DNA of 64,000 nt from Azolla caroliniana. Taxonomy: Eukaryota > Plantae > Polypodiophyta. Below, one piece after another: positions 52,146 to 64,000 of the stretch. The translations under genes were made by a program, and so were the position numbers. The notes below the pieces were generated by a model. The model was not told the origin of the DNA and made no database searches. It saw nothing but the letters and a program-made list of their open reading frames with translations. Every line of letters starts with the position of its first letter. Position 1 is the first letter of the stretch. The stretch covers positions 992,001 to 1,056,000 of the forward strand of contig JBHGNT010000018.1 of NCBI GenBank assembly GCA_043228905.1, read 5' to 3'.

Positions 52146-53214
52146 TGAATCTATAGGCCATGTTACCAAAACTACTGGCCTGAACTTTGTGATAGATATG
52201 ACCAATGACTACATCAAGAAGTTGAAGCTAATGGGTCTTTTGAAGCTTAATGACCAACTGAAATGATTCCAATTAAGTTTTCCATAACATTTGATAACGT
52301 TGCTTCAAATGAAATCATCAATTCTGTTGCAAATCTGTAAAAAAAGGCCAGGTACCAGCAGAGAAGACTGGGATATGAATAGAAAAGAAACCAACCATTT
52401 TGTTTTTATAAACATTTATTGCTCCTAGGATTATAAGAGGAAATGTATGTAAAAGATATTTTGGCCAAGTGGGCTTTACATAATAATTGTCGCTCTCAAA
52501 CCAGGATCATGCAGGTCATAACTGGGTAAGTCTTTGACCCTCCCACCTCTCACTAGGACAGCCAACTGTCCCTGGAAATTATGGACAATACCTGTCATAT
52601 ATGCCATTGCCTTGAACTTCGAGGTTAATTGAACTCTGGAGACTTAACATAGGGCAGAGTTAGGTTTTTTGGGCATAGTTGTGGAATAGGTAACAGATGA
52701 ATCAGTTTTAATGTCACTATTACAGAACCATACATAAGATTCTCCACCTCGTCGAGTTTCTACTAATTCAACTACTCTTAAGAGATTGTTATTGAGATGG
52801 ACATTTTATCCCCCATCGGAATCGAACATAAGAGTTCTGCTCATATGGCTCAAGCGAATCCTTAGGTATATTAATTACTCCACAAGAAATTAAAATTTAG
52901 AACACGTATAAAATACTGCCATCATTCAACTCAAAATAATTTAGGCGTTTTACAAATAGTTTGGATTTTTCACGATATTGAATAATCCATAAAAAAATCT
53001 TGTCTTACTCATACAGCTGATGGAATGGGAACCCACAATATTCCATTTAGGGTCTAATGAAAAACATTCATCTTTTTCTTCACATTCAATTTTGATAATT
53101 TGGAGAAACTTTATGGTTCTTCCCTTGTGGGTTGATTTTTTGTTTATTTAGAATCTCCATTTCAGTATTATTGAGAGCATCAGAATTACATGAATGGATT
53201 TTTCCATTTCTTGA

Positions 53215-53495
53215 TGTGCTACACTGTCCCACGCTTCTAGAGGTAAATTATATCTAGAATAAAAGATCTATCCAGTTATTCCGACTATTTACACCCAGAG
53301 CAGATAGTTGTTGGGAGAAATCCCCAACCATCTACAGAGGTAAATTATATCTGGAATTAAAAATCTATCCAGTTATTTTTTAAGGTGCTACATTATCCCA
53401 TACTTCTAGCATTAAATTATGTCGGGAATAAAAAATCTATCCAATTATTTACATCTAGAGCAGATAGTTGTTTGGAGAATCCCCAACCCTCTAAG
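53215..53495. repeat. Imperfect tandem duplication downstream of the coiled-coil gene
   Basis: GTGCTACA.T.TCCCA..CTTCTAG...TAAATTAT...TCTATCCA...AGAGCAGATAGTTGTT.GGAGAA..CCCCAACC occurs twice, plus a partial copy. Confidence 0.7.
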
Positions 53496-53693
53496 GATTT
53501 CCATTATGCATTCATATATCAAACCCGATATAAAATCTTCCCGTGTATTTGTATTATCTTACTATCTGTGGCAATGTCTTATGATATGGATTTCATTCTT
53601 GTGAGGAAGAAAAAGATTTTGTATAGAATATAAATACCTCAAGGTTGATGCTTTTGTGTTTTAACATCTGTCTTTTGGCTAGCTTTGATCAAT

Positions 53694-56600
53694 TCAGAAA
53701 GATTCATAGCTTTCTCCATTTTGACTACTGATGATTGCTATTTGACCTTCTTTCATAAGAACTTCTTCTTCTAGTTCTTGCACTTTCTTTCTCAAATCAA
53801 TGACTGCACGTTTCATCTCAATTGCTTCTTCTTCTTTTTGAATAATCGACTTCTGTAATGCGCTATATTGGTGCCTCAAGTCAGATAGCTCCAATTTGGC
53901 CTTGAGAGAATCTTTGTCCATCCACAAGATTTTCTCTTCTAAATCATTTATGACTAGAGAGGATTGTTTTAGCTTTCCCTCCATCTCAAATTCCTTATAT
54001 TTAGCATTTTGCAAGTAATCATGAAATTGTGCAGCTTCTTCAAGCATTGAATCACGAATCTCCATGATGTCTCCCATTTGTTTGGTCAGAGAGGATATGG
54101 TCCCTTCTTGTTGCAACAGTTGGATGTTTTTTTCAGCTAGTTTGGACTTCATGTTTTCTTGCTCAGACTCTACTGAGCTGTATGACTTCTGCATATTGTT
54201 TATTTCTTTTTGTTGTTTCTCTAACTCAAACTCTAGCTTGGTAATTGCATTCGTCTTTTCCAAGTTCTGTTGTTGTAGAGTTTGCAGTTGCTGCCTCATA
54301 GAAGTCACCTGCAGCATATTCATTTATTAACACATTTGAAAAAAATATTCATGTGATTTCTGTCTTGATCCCATATGATCACTCTGATTATACCTCATTC
54401 TCTTTCTTTTGGGCAAACTCTAAAAGCTCCTCATTAATACTGGAGTACTCTGCTACACGAGTAGTTTGCTCATCAACTTCCTTTCTTGCTTCGGAAAGCT
54501 TCATCAAAAGATCAGCTTTCTCCTTCTCTCCTGAATCCCTTTCCAGTTCTAGTTTATTAGTTTTTCTTACTATCTCTCTTATCTGTAATTCTTTGTTTTC
54601 AGCGCATTTCTTGAGCTCAATTACATTTTTCTCACTCTCAGAGAGTGTGCAGCATAGCTCATCTGCAGTTCTCCTCGATTCTTCAACCTACATACAAGAC
54701 ATGATATCCAATTATGGATGCATCATCCTAGCACACTTGCATAACTATCTTCTTTTTGGATATTTTGCATGGGGAATAATAAGAAATTAAAAAATACATA
54801 CACAATGATTTACAATCCCCACAGCCAGAAATTTGGTGAATTGACAAATATATTGGTCTATGAAAAGCTCTTGATTATCAAAAGACAAAAAATACAATAT
54901 CCAATATGCAACGATGGTATCATACACTAAGGCACATGGGCCATACCAGCACCAGATCATTGCTAGCCATGTCCAATCCACCACAACAATCAACATCAAA
55001 TACCATGTCCCCACACCACTACTCAACTCATACACATTAGTAATGCACTAATGCTTGTAAACCACCTCCGTAATCATACTACCACATGCATGAAGATCAT
55101 AATCATAGATCTTTAGGAAACCTAGCACTTTTATTTTTGTTTTAGTACGAATAACATGAATTCACCCATTCTTGTGATCATGATTTGTCTCATAGGCTGA
55201 TTTTGTCCTCTAATAGACGTTAATACATCTTCTTTTCTATTTGTAGATACATCAAAACATTCACAAATGAACCGAGATGATACTATTGTACAAATTAAAC
55301 ATTTGTTTTGATGCTATTACTAGTATACCAAGATACAAGTTAGTCATGAGGATAAGGTTCAAAAACGCTCTTCACATCGACTTCCTAGAATTGCATGGGA
55401 AGTAAAACAAAGATTCCAAAAGCACATAAAAGTAAAATTTTATGTTCTAGTTCAATGCAAGATACAAAAAAATGGTTTGGAAGATGAGATACAACAAAAT
55501 TGCTTCATGATGCATCACTAGATTCCTCTGTGAAGGAGGCCTTTTTGCAACGCCAATGTATCATGAAATGGAGAAATGTGGAGGCTCACGTTTCACATGT
55601 TATGCTATGTTGCACCTAACTACAAGACTTTTCTTGCTAGAACTCAAGAGACATAGGGAAACGTTGTTGAAGGAGAATAACACAGCACAAGCTCATCCAC
55701 AAAGGACAATCACAACTTTCTTTAGCCCCATCACTCCTACTAATGCTACAAGTCAATCAAGGGATACACAAACGGGCTCCAGACCAGGACATAACAAAGG
55801 GGTTACAATTGATTGGGCAATAGCAATTTCTCATGCAAGTAGGCCCCGGCCCCATGGACCACGGCCTCAGCACCCTTGTCATAGACAGATAAAGGCCATT
55901 ATCTCCCGCCACCGCAGGTGCTTCCCTCGCTTCGGAGACCTTTCCATTCTGGATCGACCTATGCTAGAGATCTTTTGAAGACAGAAGTTATAATATATCT
56001 AACTTGAGAATCTCACATGTGCCGAAAACCAGATTCCCTCGTCTGTTTTTATCTTATTTACTTTTATATTTACTGAACAATACTTATTTTTATTTTTTTT
56101 GTTGTTCCCAAAGACGAGACAACACTTAAGATGTAATCTCTTGTTTGGTATTATTGGCCATTTTGGCCTCTTAAAAGAAGTTAATATTTTTTTCCGTTTG
56201 TTTTTTCTTTCTTTCCCTCTCTTAAATGGCCCCCCTGAAGTGGATTCTTTTGTTTTACATACCAGTTTCATTTCCCATAATCTGTAGACATAAATGTAAC
56301 TTGTTTTCTTTCCTTTTTCTTTTTTCTTTCTCATTTTTTCTGTTTTCTTTTCCATCTTTCTTTCTCTCAATGTATCATCGGCAAATCCACGATGAATGGA
56401 TTGACCCTCCTTATTCTCCTTAATCCCCATTACAGACTCCTTGTACATAGTTTTTACCATTACTTCAAAGAATTTACCTCATGATGAATGCAAGCTGGAA
56501 AACAACCTTGCCAGAAGTTGTTACCATGTCACTGCAAGGTGTTTTGTGGCTACATTGCCACAGAATTCCATACTATAGAGTTGCCTAGATGAGATCTATT

Positions 56601-59600
56601 AATACGATTATGCATTGACCTTTTTGAGTGAAATTTTCGTCTGAAAGGTTCTCATTTTATCTATTAAGCTTCCTGAAATTCATGAAATGGTTACACTTTT
56701 ACCCATTGCAAAAATCAAGAAATTTCAAAAACAGAATACAAAAATTATTTGTTTACCCACATCTTTGATTGCATCTTTCAGTTGGCTTTCTGCAGATGCT
56801 GCAGATGCCAGTAACTCATTATATTGTTTTTGGAGTTCTGATAGCCTTGTCTCTGACATAGACAAATTAGTTTCGAGTTGTTTGTTCAGTTGATGCAATT
56901 GTGTACAGGAATTTTGAGCTTTCTGAAGATCTTTTGCATGTTGTGCTAGTATGCCATTTAACTGATCGTCCTTCTCCTGTAATTTTCTTCTATGTACCTT
57001 GTTAGTGGTATCTATTTCATTTGTCCGCCCAACTTTCTCATCAACTGATGTAACAATATTTCCATTGGTTTCTGAAATCTGCAGAACAAAGGGTGTTCAA
57101 AGAGTCGCAAATTTAAACCATCTATTTTCATTATAATCTACATACTTAGATAATGAACATAATGGTGCAACCCCTTCAACAAAAACATCTGCTTGCTGTA
57201 TTATTAAGGACAAACCTTATTTCAACTGCACAATTTCTATGGGCATACCTTAATCTTAATACCATTTAGAAAGATATTGAATCAACAAGAAAATGAAATG
57301 CAACGAAATGCTCAAAGGCCAAAAGCATAGAGAATGGAAACTTCAAGAAAACCTCGATAGAAGTACTACACATGCTTACCTTGCAGCTTTGGAGCATTTT
57401 TGCCTCTTCTTTGACTAAGTTTTGGGATCATTACTAAGTGATATACATCACAACCGTGGTTTATTTTCATGGCAGTGGCTGATTTATGTTCTACGCTTTG
57501 TACTTCCCTTAGAAATAGCCCACATACCAATTCTGAATGATTGTAGTACAGGTGATATACAGCCTGTTTTTTATTTAAGTGTCTTGAAGAAGTCAATTGT
57601 CTGCATCTATTGCTAGTCTCCTCTTGAATGATTGCTTATCTAAATTTATGAATCTATTGATGATGAAATCTAGTTAGGATAGAGACCACCTAATAGCGGT
57701 GTAAAGAAATAAGAAATCTACATGAAAGTTCAATTATGTAATATAGGTGAAATAAAAAATGTAAATCTAAAATCAGAATTCCTTAAGAAATTATGTCAGA
57801 GAAAGAAATTACAAACTATCTATCTACCCAGCTAGCTACTGGAAACGCCTCATAACTTCAAAATTGTGGGTCCAGGTACACCATGAACAAACACCGGAGG
57901 TGCACATTTCATAGAGAAACAAAGTTCTGACGCAAAACAGTGATTAAATTCCGATGGTGTATCCACCTTCATTGTTAAAATAAATATATGTATAGTAAAG
58001 AAATAAGATTTGTTCTTTTCTTCAAGTTTTTGAAGATCACAATGTAATGTGTAATGCATCCCCGCATCCATTGTGGTTTATTTGTTATCCACTCATTATA
58101 TCCTGTTTTTTATGTATTGTATCTTTTTTCCTCTCTTGGAGGAGATTTTTGACAAATTATTTTCCTCCCAATTGGAACTTGTGATTTGGAAAGGTTTCAA
58201 AGCAGTTCTATTATTCATGAAGAATAGCAATTTTTTATATTTCTTTTGCTTGCTTTGCTTCTTTTAAAATCCAATGCTGACTCATCCGTTTGCCTTTCTT
58301 GATGTTGTCTTGTGAAGAGCTTTTTCTTCATGGTTGAACATGAGATTTACACAGATTTCTAAGTTACATAAACGCACATATATCTATTTATTTATAAATC
58401 AGTCATTCATGTATGTCAACGAGCACTATTCATAAGACTCAACATGAACAGTGATGCAATAATTAAACAGTCAGCTCAACAAAATTTATACCACAGCTTA
58501 TCATAAACAATCATCCAATATGGATGAGCACAAGATAAGTTTAACTAATCACCTTGTGGCTCAACAGATCTGGTTCAATGGCTTCAAGTTCTTCAGCCAG
58601 CTGACAGATTTCAAGATCCGTGTGAACTTCATTGTGTTCCTTACCACGTAAAAGTTTGTCATCAGAATCTTCCTTAGATACTTCTTCATGACTTGTTCTT
58701 CCAGATTTGAATCTGGACTGACTATGTTCAAAAATAGGGGATTGATAGACACAGTTGAATTTCTCATAGACTCCATCACATTCTGTACTCGTTTGGGTTG
58801 CCTTCTCAGAAATCTTCAAAACCTGCGCATCATCTTTTACCAATCCTGCAGAGTCTTCTAGTGGAAAATTTTCATTCTCTACACGTTTTAGTTTACTTTC
58901 AAGTTCTTGGAAAGCATTCTCATCTGTTTTCAACTGCATCTCTTGTAGTTGCATCTTTTGAAAAGTGCATGGCTCCTGGTTTCTGAAAACCGTTCCTCTT
59001 TCTAACTTGTTTTCCTCTATTTGTTCAACTTTTTGCAGATTGTTCATGCATTCTGACTTATTGTTGGGCATACAAACCTCTGACTGCTCTTTCTTTTCAG
59101 TCACATCATGTTCATCCAAAGTTTCAGATGTTTTATGGTCTGGCCTTGGTGTAGAAGACTTTGCTCCACGTGTTTCATCATCATGTATAACCCTTGAGGA
59201 CATCGGAACTTTACTTATCAATGATGCAAACTTTTGCTTCAGTTCCTGCAATTCTTTTTTGGCTGCTTCGCTCTTCATTTTTTCTTGCTCAAACAGTCTG
59301 TTGAGATGCATCCTTTCCACTTCCTTCTGCTCCACTTCCTCATCAAACTTCTGATGTAGCTTAGTGCGCTCCTCTAATAATTGCAATAACCGACTCTCTG
59401 CAGCCTGTTCAAAGATGTAAACCATGCATCAGCATAGGTTCAAAAGCATATTTCTATCAATTCAGAACACCCCAAATAGTAAGAGAAGCTCCTTGGCCCC
59501 AATCCTGTCATATTATACGAAAACACTTCCTCCCAGATGCTTCTCAGCAACTACTTCTATATAATATTTACCCTGTTCTCATCACGTCTACCATCCATGT

Positions 59601-62600
59601 ATAATATGATTTGACCGTGGTATTCAAAGGTTACACAAACCACCAAAGTGGCCGCATACCAATCCCTTTTGTGCAACTTCTCCATAGAGCAGCTACCAAT
59701 GTTTTTTGGTTATTTTATTCAGGTAGACACTATAAAAAGACTGTCTTTTAGGATAAGTCATATTTGGCCATGATTCTTCTTTTACACCAAAATGAAGGGT
59801 AACAAATGCAGTACCTCTGCAGATGCTTCATATTTCCGTGCCTTCTCTTCTGCAGCAATCCTCTCTTCAAGTTCGAAATCCAAAACTTTTCTCTCTTTCT
59901 CCTGGATGACGGTAAAAGTATTAGAAAGCCCGTCTCCTTCTGCAGCTGAAGCATACTATAAGTTTCTTCTTGGAGAACTCAAGTCATGTGTTCAAACTGC
60001 ATTGACCTTTGGATATGAGTTAACAGCAGGATTACAGAATTTGACATTTGGCAACTATTTCCTGGAGTTTGAAGTTCAGAAACTACTCTCCTAACTACAA
60101 ATTTAGAGAAGGTGAGATTACAGTTGATATTATACATGTGACTGTACATGTTGAAAACAGTTACTGAGGATAAAATATCCAGAGCCAAGCTATTATGAAT
60201 GCAAGTACAGGCATAAATACGAAATGCCAGAAATGAAACTTACATTGGATCGTCTGAAGAATGGTAGAAAGGCAGGTAAATGATGGGCCAAATACATTTT
60301 TCGGATACAGAGGCCGGAGAAAACATAGATATGAATTTTGGAACTTATACTCCTTGTCAGATCATAAAAGTCATATGAATGGATCCACGAGGAGAGAGAA
60401 ATGGACACAAATGAAATGTCATATGAATGCAGAAATTCCATGCTGTCCACATGCAACAGCCCTTCTGATAAGTTAAATTGTCACAGTTTCACAATCTACA
60501 GTAAGAATAAAAGCACTATTCATATTGCTTGCAAACCCTTTTTAAAACAACTTTCAATAAGGCAAGAATTCCTATAAGAAGAGAATCTAAATTTAATAAA
60601 CCTCCCACAAAATCTTAACGACACATCTAAAATTTTGTAGTTGAAAGACAACTTATAATTTCTGATTCATAGTGCAATAACCTAAATAAGAGTAGTTTGA
60701 GACTCTTTTCATGAATTGTTTTTTGAAATATGATTGCCTCCTGGAATGAGTTGAATCTGACTATGAGTAACATTAAAACACAACCTTAGACATATTCGTA
60801 ATTTATACACAAATATCAGAATGCACCGCTACTGATACCTGCATTGAATTCCCTGGAGTGTCATATACCCTGCACTCCCAATGACTTTTCTTGTGTAAAA
60901 GTTCTCTGTCTGTTATCATTGAGGATTTATTCATTCTCATTTTCTGAGATTCTAGCTCTACACGAGATGCTTCATGTGAATAAATAGTAGGAAAAGAATC
61001 TTCAGAATGTGCCTGCGTCAACATTTTAGCAGAACTATGGTCAATAATAAGAACTTGCAATCAATATATATGATCACTGTATACCAATATACAAATAGAA
61101 AATAACTCTGAATCAATTCATACCTTTTCAACGGAATGGAATGCAGCATTCGTAGGTAGCTTTTTAATCCCTGTCCCCTCCCTTGCCTGTTCCTTGTCCA
61201 CAGGAACACAATCATGCATTAAGCTATGCTCGCCTCTTGACTTCATTATTGTTGAAAACTCTATAGAGCTTTTGGCGCTTGGGCACTGCCCTCTCTTCAT
61301 TCTTGATTCATCCCAAACAAGACTGCCATCGCGTTCCTCTGAAACCTGAGACCAAGATAAATGCTCTCAATCAACTGGTTCATTTGCATTATGCAAAGAA
61401 ACATTACACAGGATTGCATAAACATACAGACCTTTAAAAGATAAAAAACAAAACACGAAGCATCTCATATGTTCATGATTCATGAGCTAGAAGAAGTTTA
61501 GAAATGTTAACCTTCATGGAGGTAGATGAGTGGTCATTTTTTCCTTCTGCGACCATAAGCTTCTTGGATACAATGTTCTCATTAGTGTTCCCCATGCAAT
61601 GCACATTACGTCCCTCATCATTCTCACTTTCATCCAAGATTATTATCTTTTCTCTGCGATCATATCTGTTTTTCATATTAGATGATTCTAGACTATCTTT
61701 CAAAACTTCGGCCCGTCCATTAATTGTCATAAATCCTTCTTGATGGACTTGAGCTGATGGTTGACAAGTACATTCATGACAGCCAAACATTCCCGCCTCC
61801 CTAATATTACTAACACCCATCTTATCCATGTGCAATGACATCATTTCAAGATTTGGTTTACTCTTTTCGTAGGTCGGAAGATTACATCCTTCTTGATAAG
61901 CACTATTTCTTGGTAGCTGCCTTAATGAGCTTCTAGGGCTCATACTGGGAAACCTTGTTACATTATCAGATGATTTCTGTATCTTTTGTTGCTGATTATT
62001 GACAATTCTTGAATCTGAATATGCCCATGATATGGCATCCGAACCTGAACATACTTTGCCATAACTTTCTTCTACATCATTGAAGCGTGTGTTCTTCTTT
62101 GTAAGAGTTTGTTCAGAATTTCTAATCGATCCTGAGAATGTTGCCACATTTAAATCATTCCTATCTATCTTCAAACCATCATTTGAGTTAGAGTGGTGGC
62201 TTGAAGATTCTTTCTTAGAAGCAGGTTTCCATCCAAAATCTGTATTCTTGCCAGTAAAATCAATTGCATCATCACTCGATGATGATGACTGCCCTTTTCC
62301 AATTGTTCTGAATCCAATCCCATGTCCTTTGTTCAGGTTGTCTTCCTGGATTACTCTGCATTCCCAATGAGAGATTCTCGCTTCTCTGTTGGTATGTTGA
62401 AGTTCATTACCTGTAATCTTCGAGTGTGCAATCGGTGAAGCTGTTGACGCCCCTCGTCCACTCCAGCACCTTTCTGTAAAAGTTCTTTCTGTTAAATCTC
62501 TCTTATCTGGATTTATTGACATTCCTCCTTCATAACCTGCATAGGCAGCATCTCTTTTAATCAAAGATCCATGTAGCATGAACTTCTGTGATTTTTCATC

Positions 62601-63040
62601 TACTCTGATATTGCCTTGCCATGCATCTTGGAACAATTGGATATGGTCACAGATAGACAACAAATTTCCAACAGCGAGGGAATCTCCACTGGAACGAATG
62701 TCTGATGCTTTTTTTAGAACATCTTCAGCTTCCCTGCAATTGTGATGGTGATGATGGTGCAAATGGAGTTCCAGTGGAATTGAACCATCAGACACTAAAA
62801 CCTATTTTAAGAAAACACAATATTATAAATTAGAAAATAGTTTTATCATACAGTTTGACAGCTTCAGGCAAAATTCCTCCATAACATTACCTGGCGATGA
62901 GCAAGCCCATGTTTGTGTTTCTCTTCATATGGATCAAAACCGAGATATGAACATGCAGCAAATTGAGCCTGACGAACTAAATCTAAAGATCTTTTCCTGC
63001 ATATTGATCCTTCCACCATTGTTAAAGATATAGACTTCAT
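53694..63040 (-). CDS. Large protein (about 1330 aa) with a low-complexity N-half and long C-terminal coiled coil (myosin-heavy-chain-like); start uncertain
   Basis: Phase-0 GT-AG exons: 62891-63079 (first in-frame ATG at 63040), 61512-62801, 61124-61345, 60839-61012, 59815-59901, 58553-59404, 56761-57078, 54394-54687, 53694-54308. E/K/Q/L heptad-rich C-terminus ending LEEEVLMKEGQIAII. Further exon-like segments at 63150-63207 and 63368-63974, so the transcript probably starts beyond the window. Confidence 0.75.
55240..56460 (+). mobile_element. LINE 3' fragment in an intron of the coiled-coil gene (antisense)
   Basis: HRLPRIAWEV block similar to about 45560-45630, 55630-56180 collinear with 362-900, T/C-rich 3' tail. 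Confidence 0.65.
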
Positions 63041-64000
63041 ATATGAATGGGCTATAATCTTGAAAGGTTTAAGTCTTCTCTATGTGGCATCTTTTATTCA
63101 ATTCACCATAATCCAGTAATTAATAAAACCTAAGGCGGAGTGTTGGTACCTGAGAGATAATATTGGTGCTTTGCTTTCTACTTGATTCCCTGACTGCTGG
63201 CAGTTGCCTGAAGACAAAATTAAATAAATTTTCTGATAAATAATAGAAACATGAGCTTTAAGAGCATATAATGGAGATAGTGGAGCACTATATACATTGT
63301 CTTGTTTATATGCTTTTTTTCTTATTATTTATGAAATTTTACTCATGATATCAAGAATCACTCATACTTGTTTTCCAAGTACTTCAAAAATATTCTTACA
63401 AGTCAAACAATTCACGAAATCAAATTAGACAGAAGGTAGCCCATTCACGGAAATGGTGGCCTAGGACGTGACTCTCCTGTTCGTATATCTCAAGTTTTTT
63501 GAAGCCAGCGTAGAAAGATGGTCTTACTTTGTTACTCGCATTTGGGAGTTAGCATCAACAGTTGTGTTATCTTTCTTAGTTCTCATAGGCCATCACAGTC
63601 TTTTAGAGACTAGTAACTCCTTTCTTTCTTTATTTACATTATTCTTTCTAGAATGTGCAAGACAATTTGAATAAGCTTAAACTAAAAACATCAAAATGGA
63701 AATCAATCTGTTTCCCTGATATTCTGTTGCAGCTGCCAACCATCCTCTTCCTCTCTATCTGACAAATGAGATTATTTCCCCATCTGTTCAATTATTTTTT
63801 CTTGAAATCAAACCTTCATAGCATGTCTCAACTTGTTTCGTTTTTCTCTTTTCCAGAAACAGGGCTCTATAATTTGTCTGTCACCTTAATAGTTTTTCTT
63901 CTCTTTCCTCTCCTCTAAGTTGTGCCCTATTCTGATCCCCTTCTCATCTCTTTTCTTCCCGAAACACATATCTCCTGCACAGCATTAAAAGAAAGTCCCC

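Noticed and set aside
52800-52870. tRNA or SINE suggested by a minus-strand B-box-like GTTCGATTCC
   Set aside because: No A-box, cloverleaf or TSD could be found.
59902-60090. Nuclear U-to-C editing rescuing the in-frame stops
   Set aside because: Every stop codon starts with T, so convertibility is uninformative. Stop density is about that of random AT-rich DNA, a good downstream acceptor exists, and such editing is known only from organelles.

Overview
AT-rich, intron-containing land-plant nuclear DNA. The TE repertoire suggests a non-seed plant such as a fern, but this is inference only. Five spliced protein-coding genes could be rebuilt by hand from GT-AG junctions: a ZRSR2/RGH3-type U2AF35-related minor-spliceosome factor (-, about 1.2-9.5 kb), an AVT1-family amino-acid transporter (+, 30.9-34.2 kb), a Sec14/CRAL-TRIO lipid-transfer protein (-, 37.0-39.0 kb), a seipin (+, 46.9-50.5 kb) and a long coiled-coil protein (-, 53.7-63 kb). 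Between 11 and 24 kb is a nested TE stack: an L1 LINE interrupted by a solo LTR and cut off by a Ty3/Gypsy element with a tRNA-Trp PBS, which itself carries two more solo LTRs. LINE remnants, hAT-type MITEs, a 400-bp foldback and several tandem repeats fill the rest. No rRNA, intact tRNA or CRISPR array was seen. The best leads concern splicing and translation control: a candidate stop-containing exon flanked by U12-type signals inside the ZRSR2 gene (possible feedback loop), a tandem array of duplicated splice sites forming candidate frame-preserving micro-exons in seipin, and a Met-rich uORF cassette in the Sec14 5'UTR. All of these are hypotheses that need transcript data.
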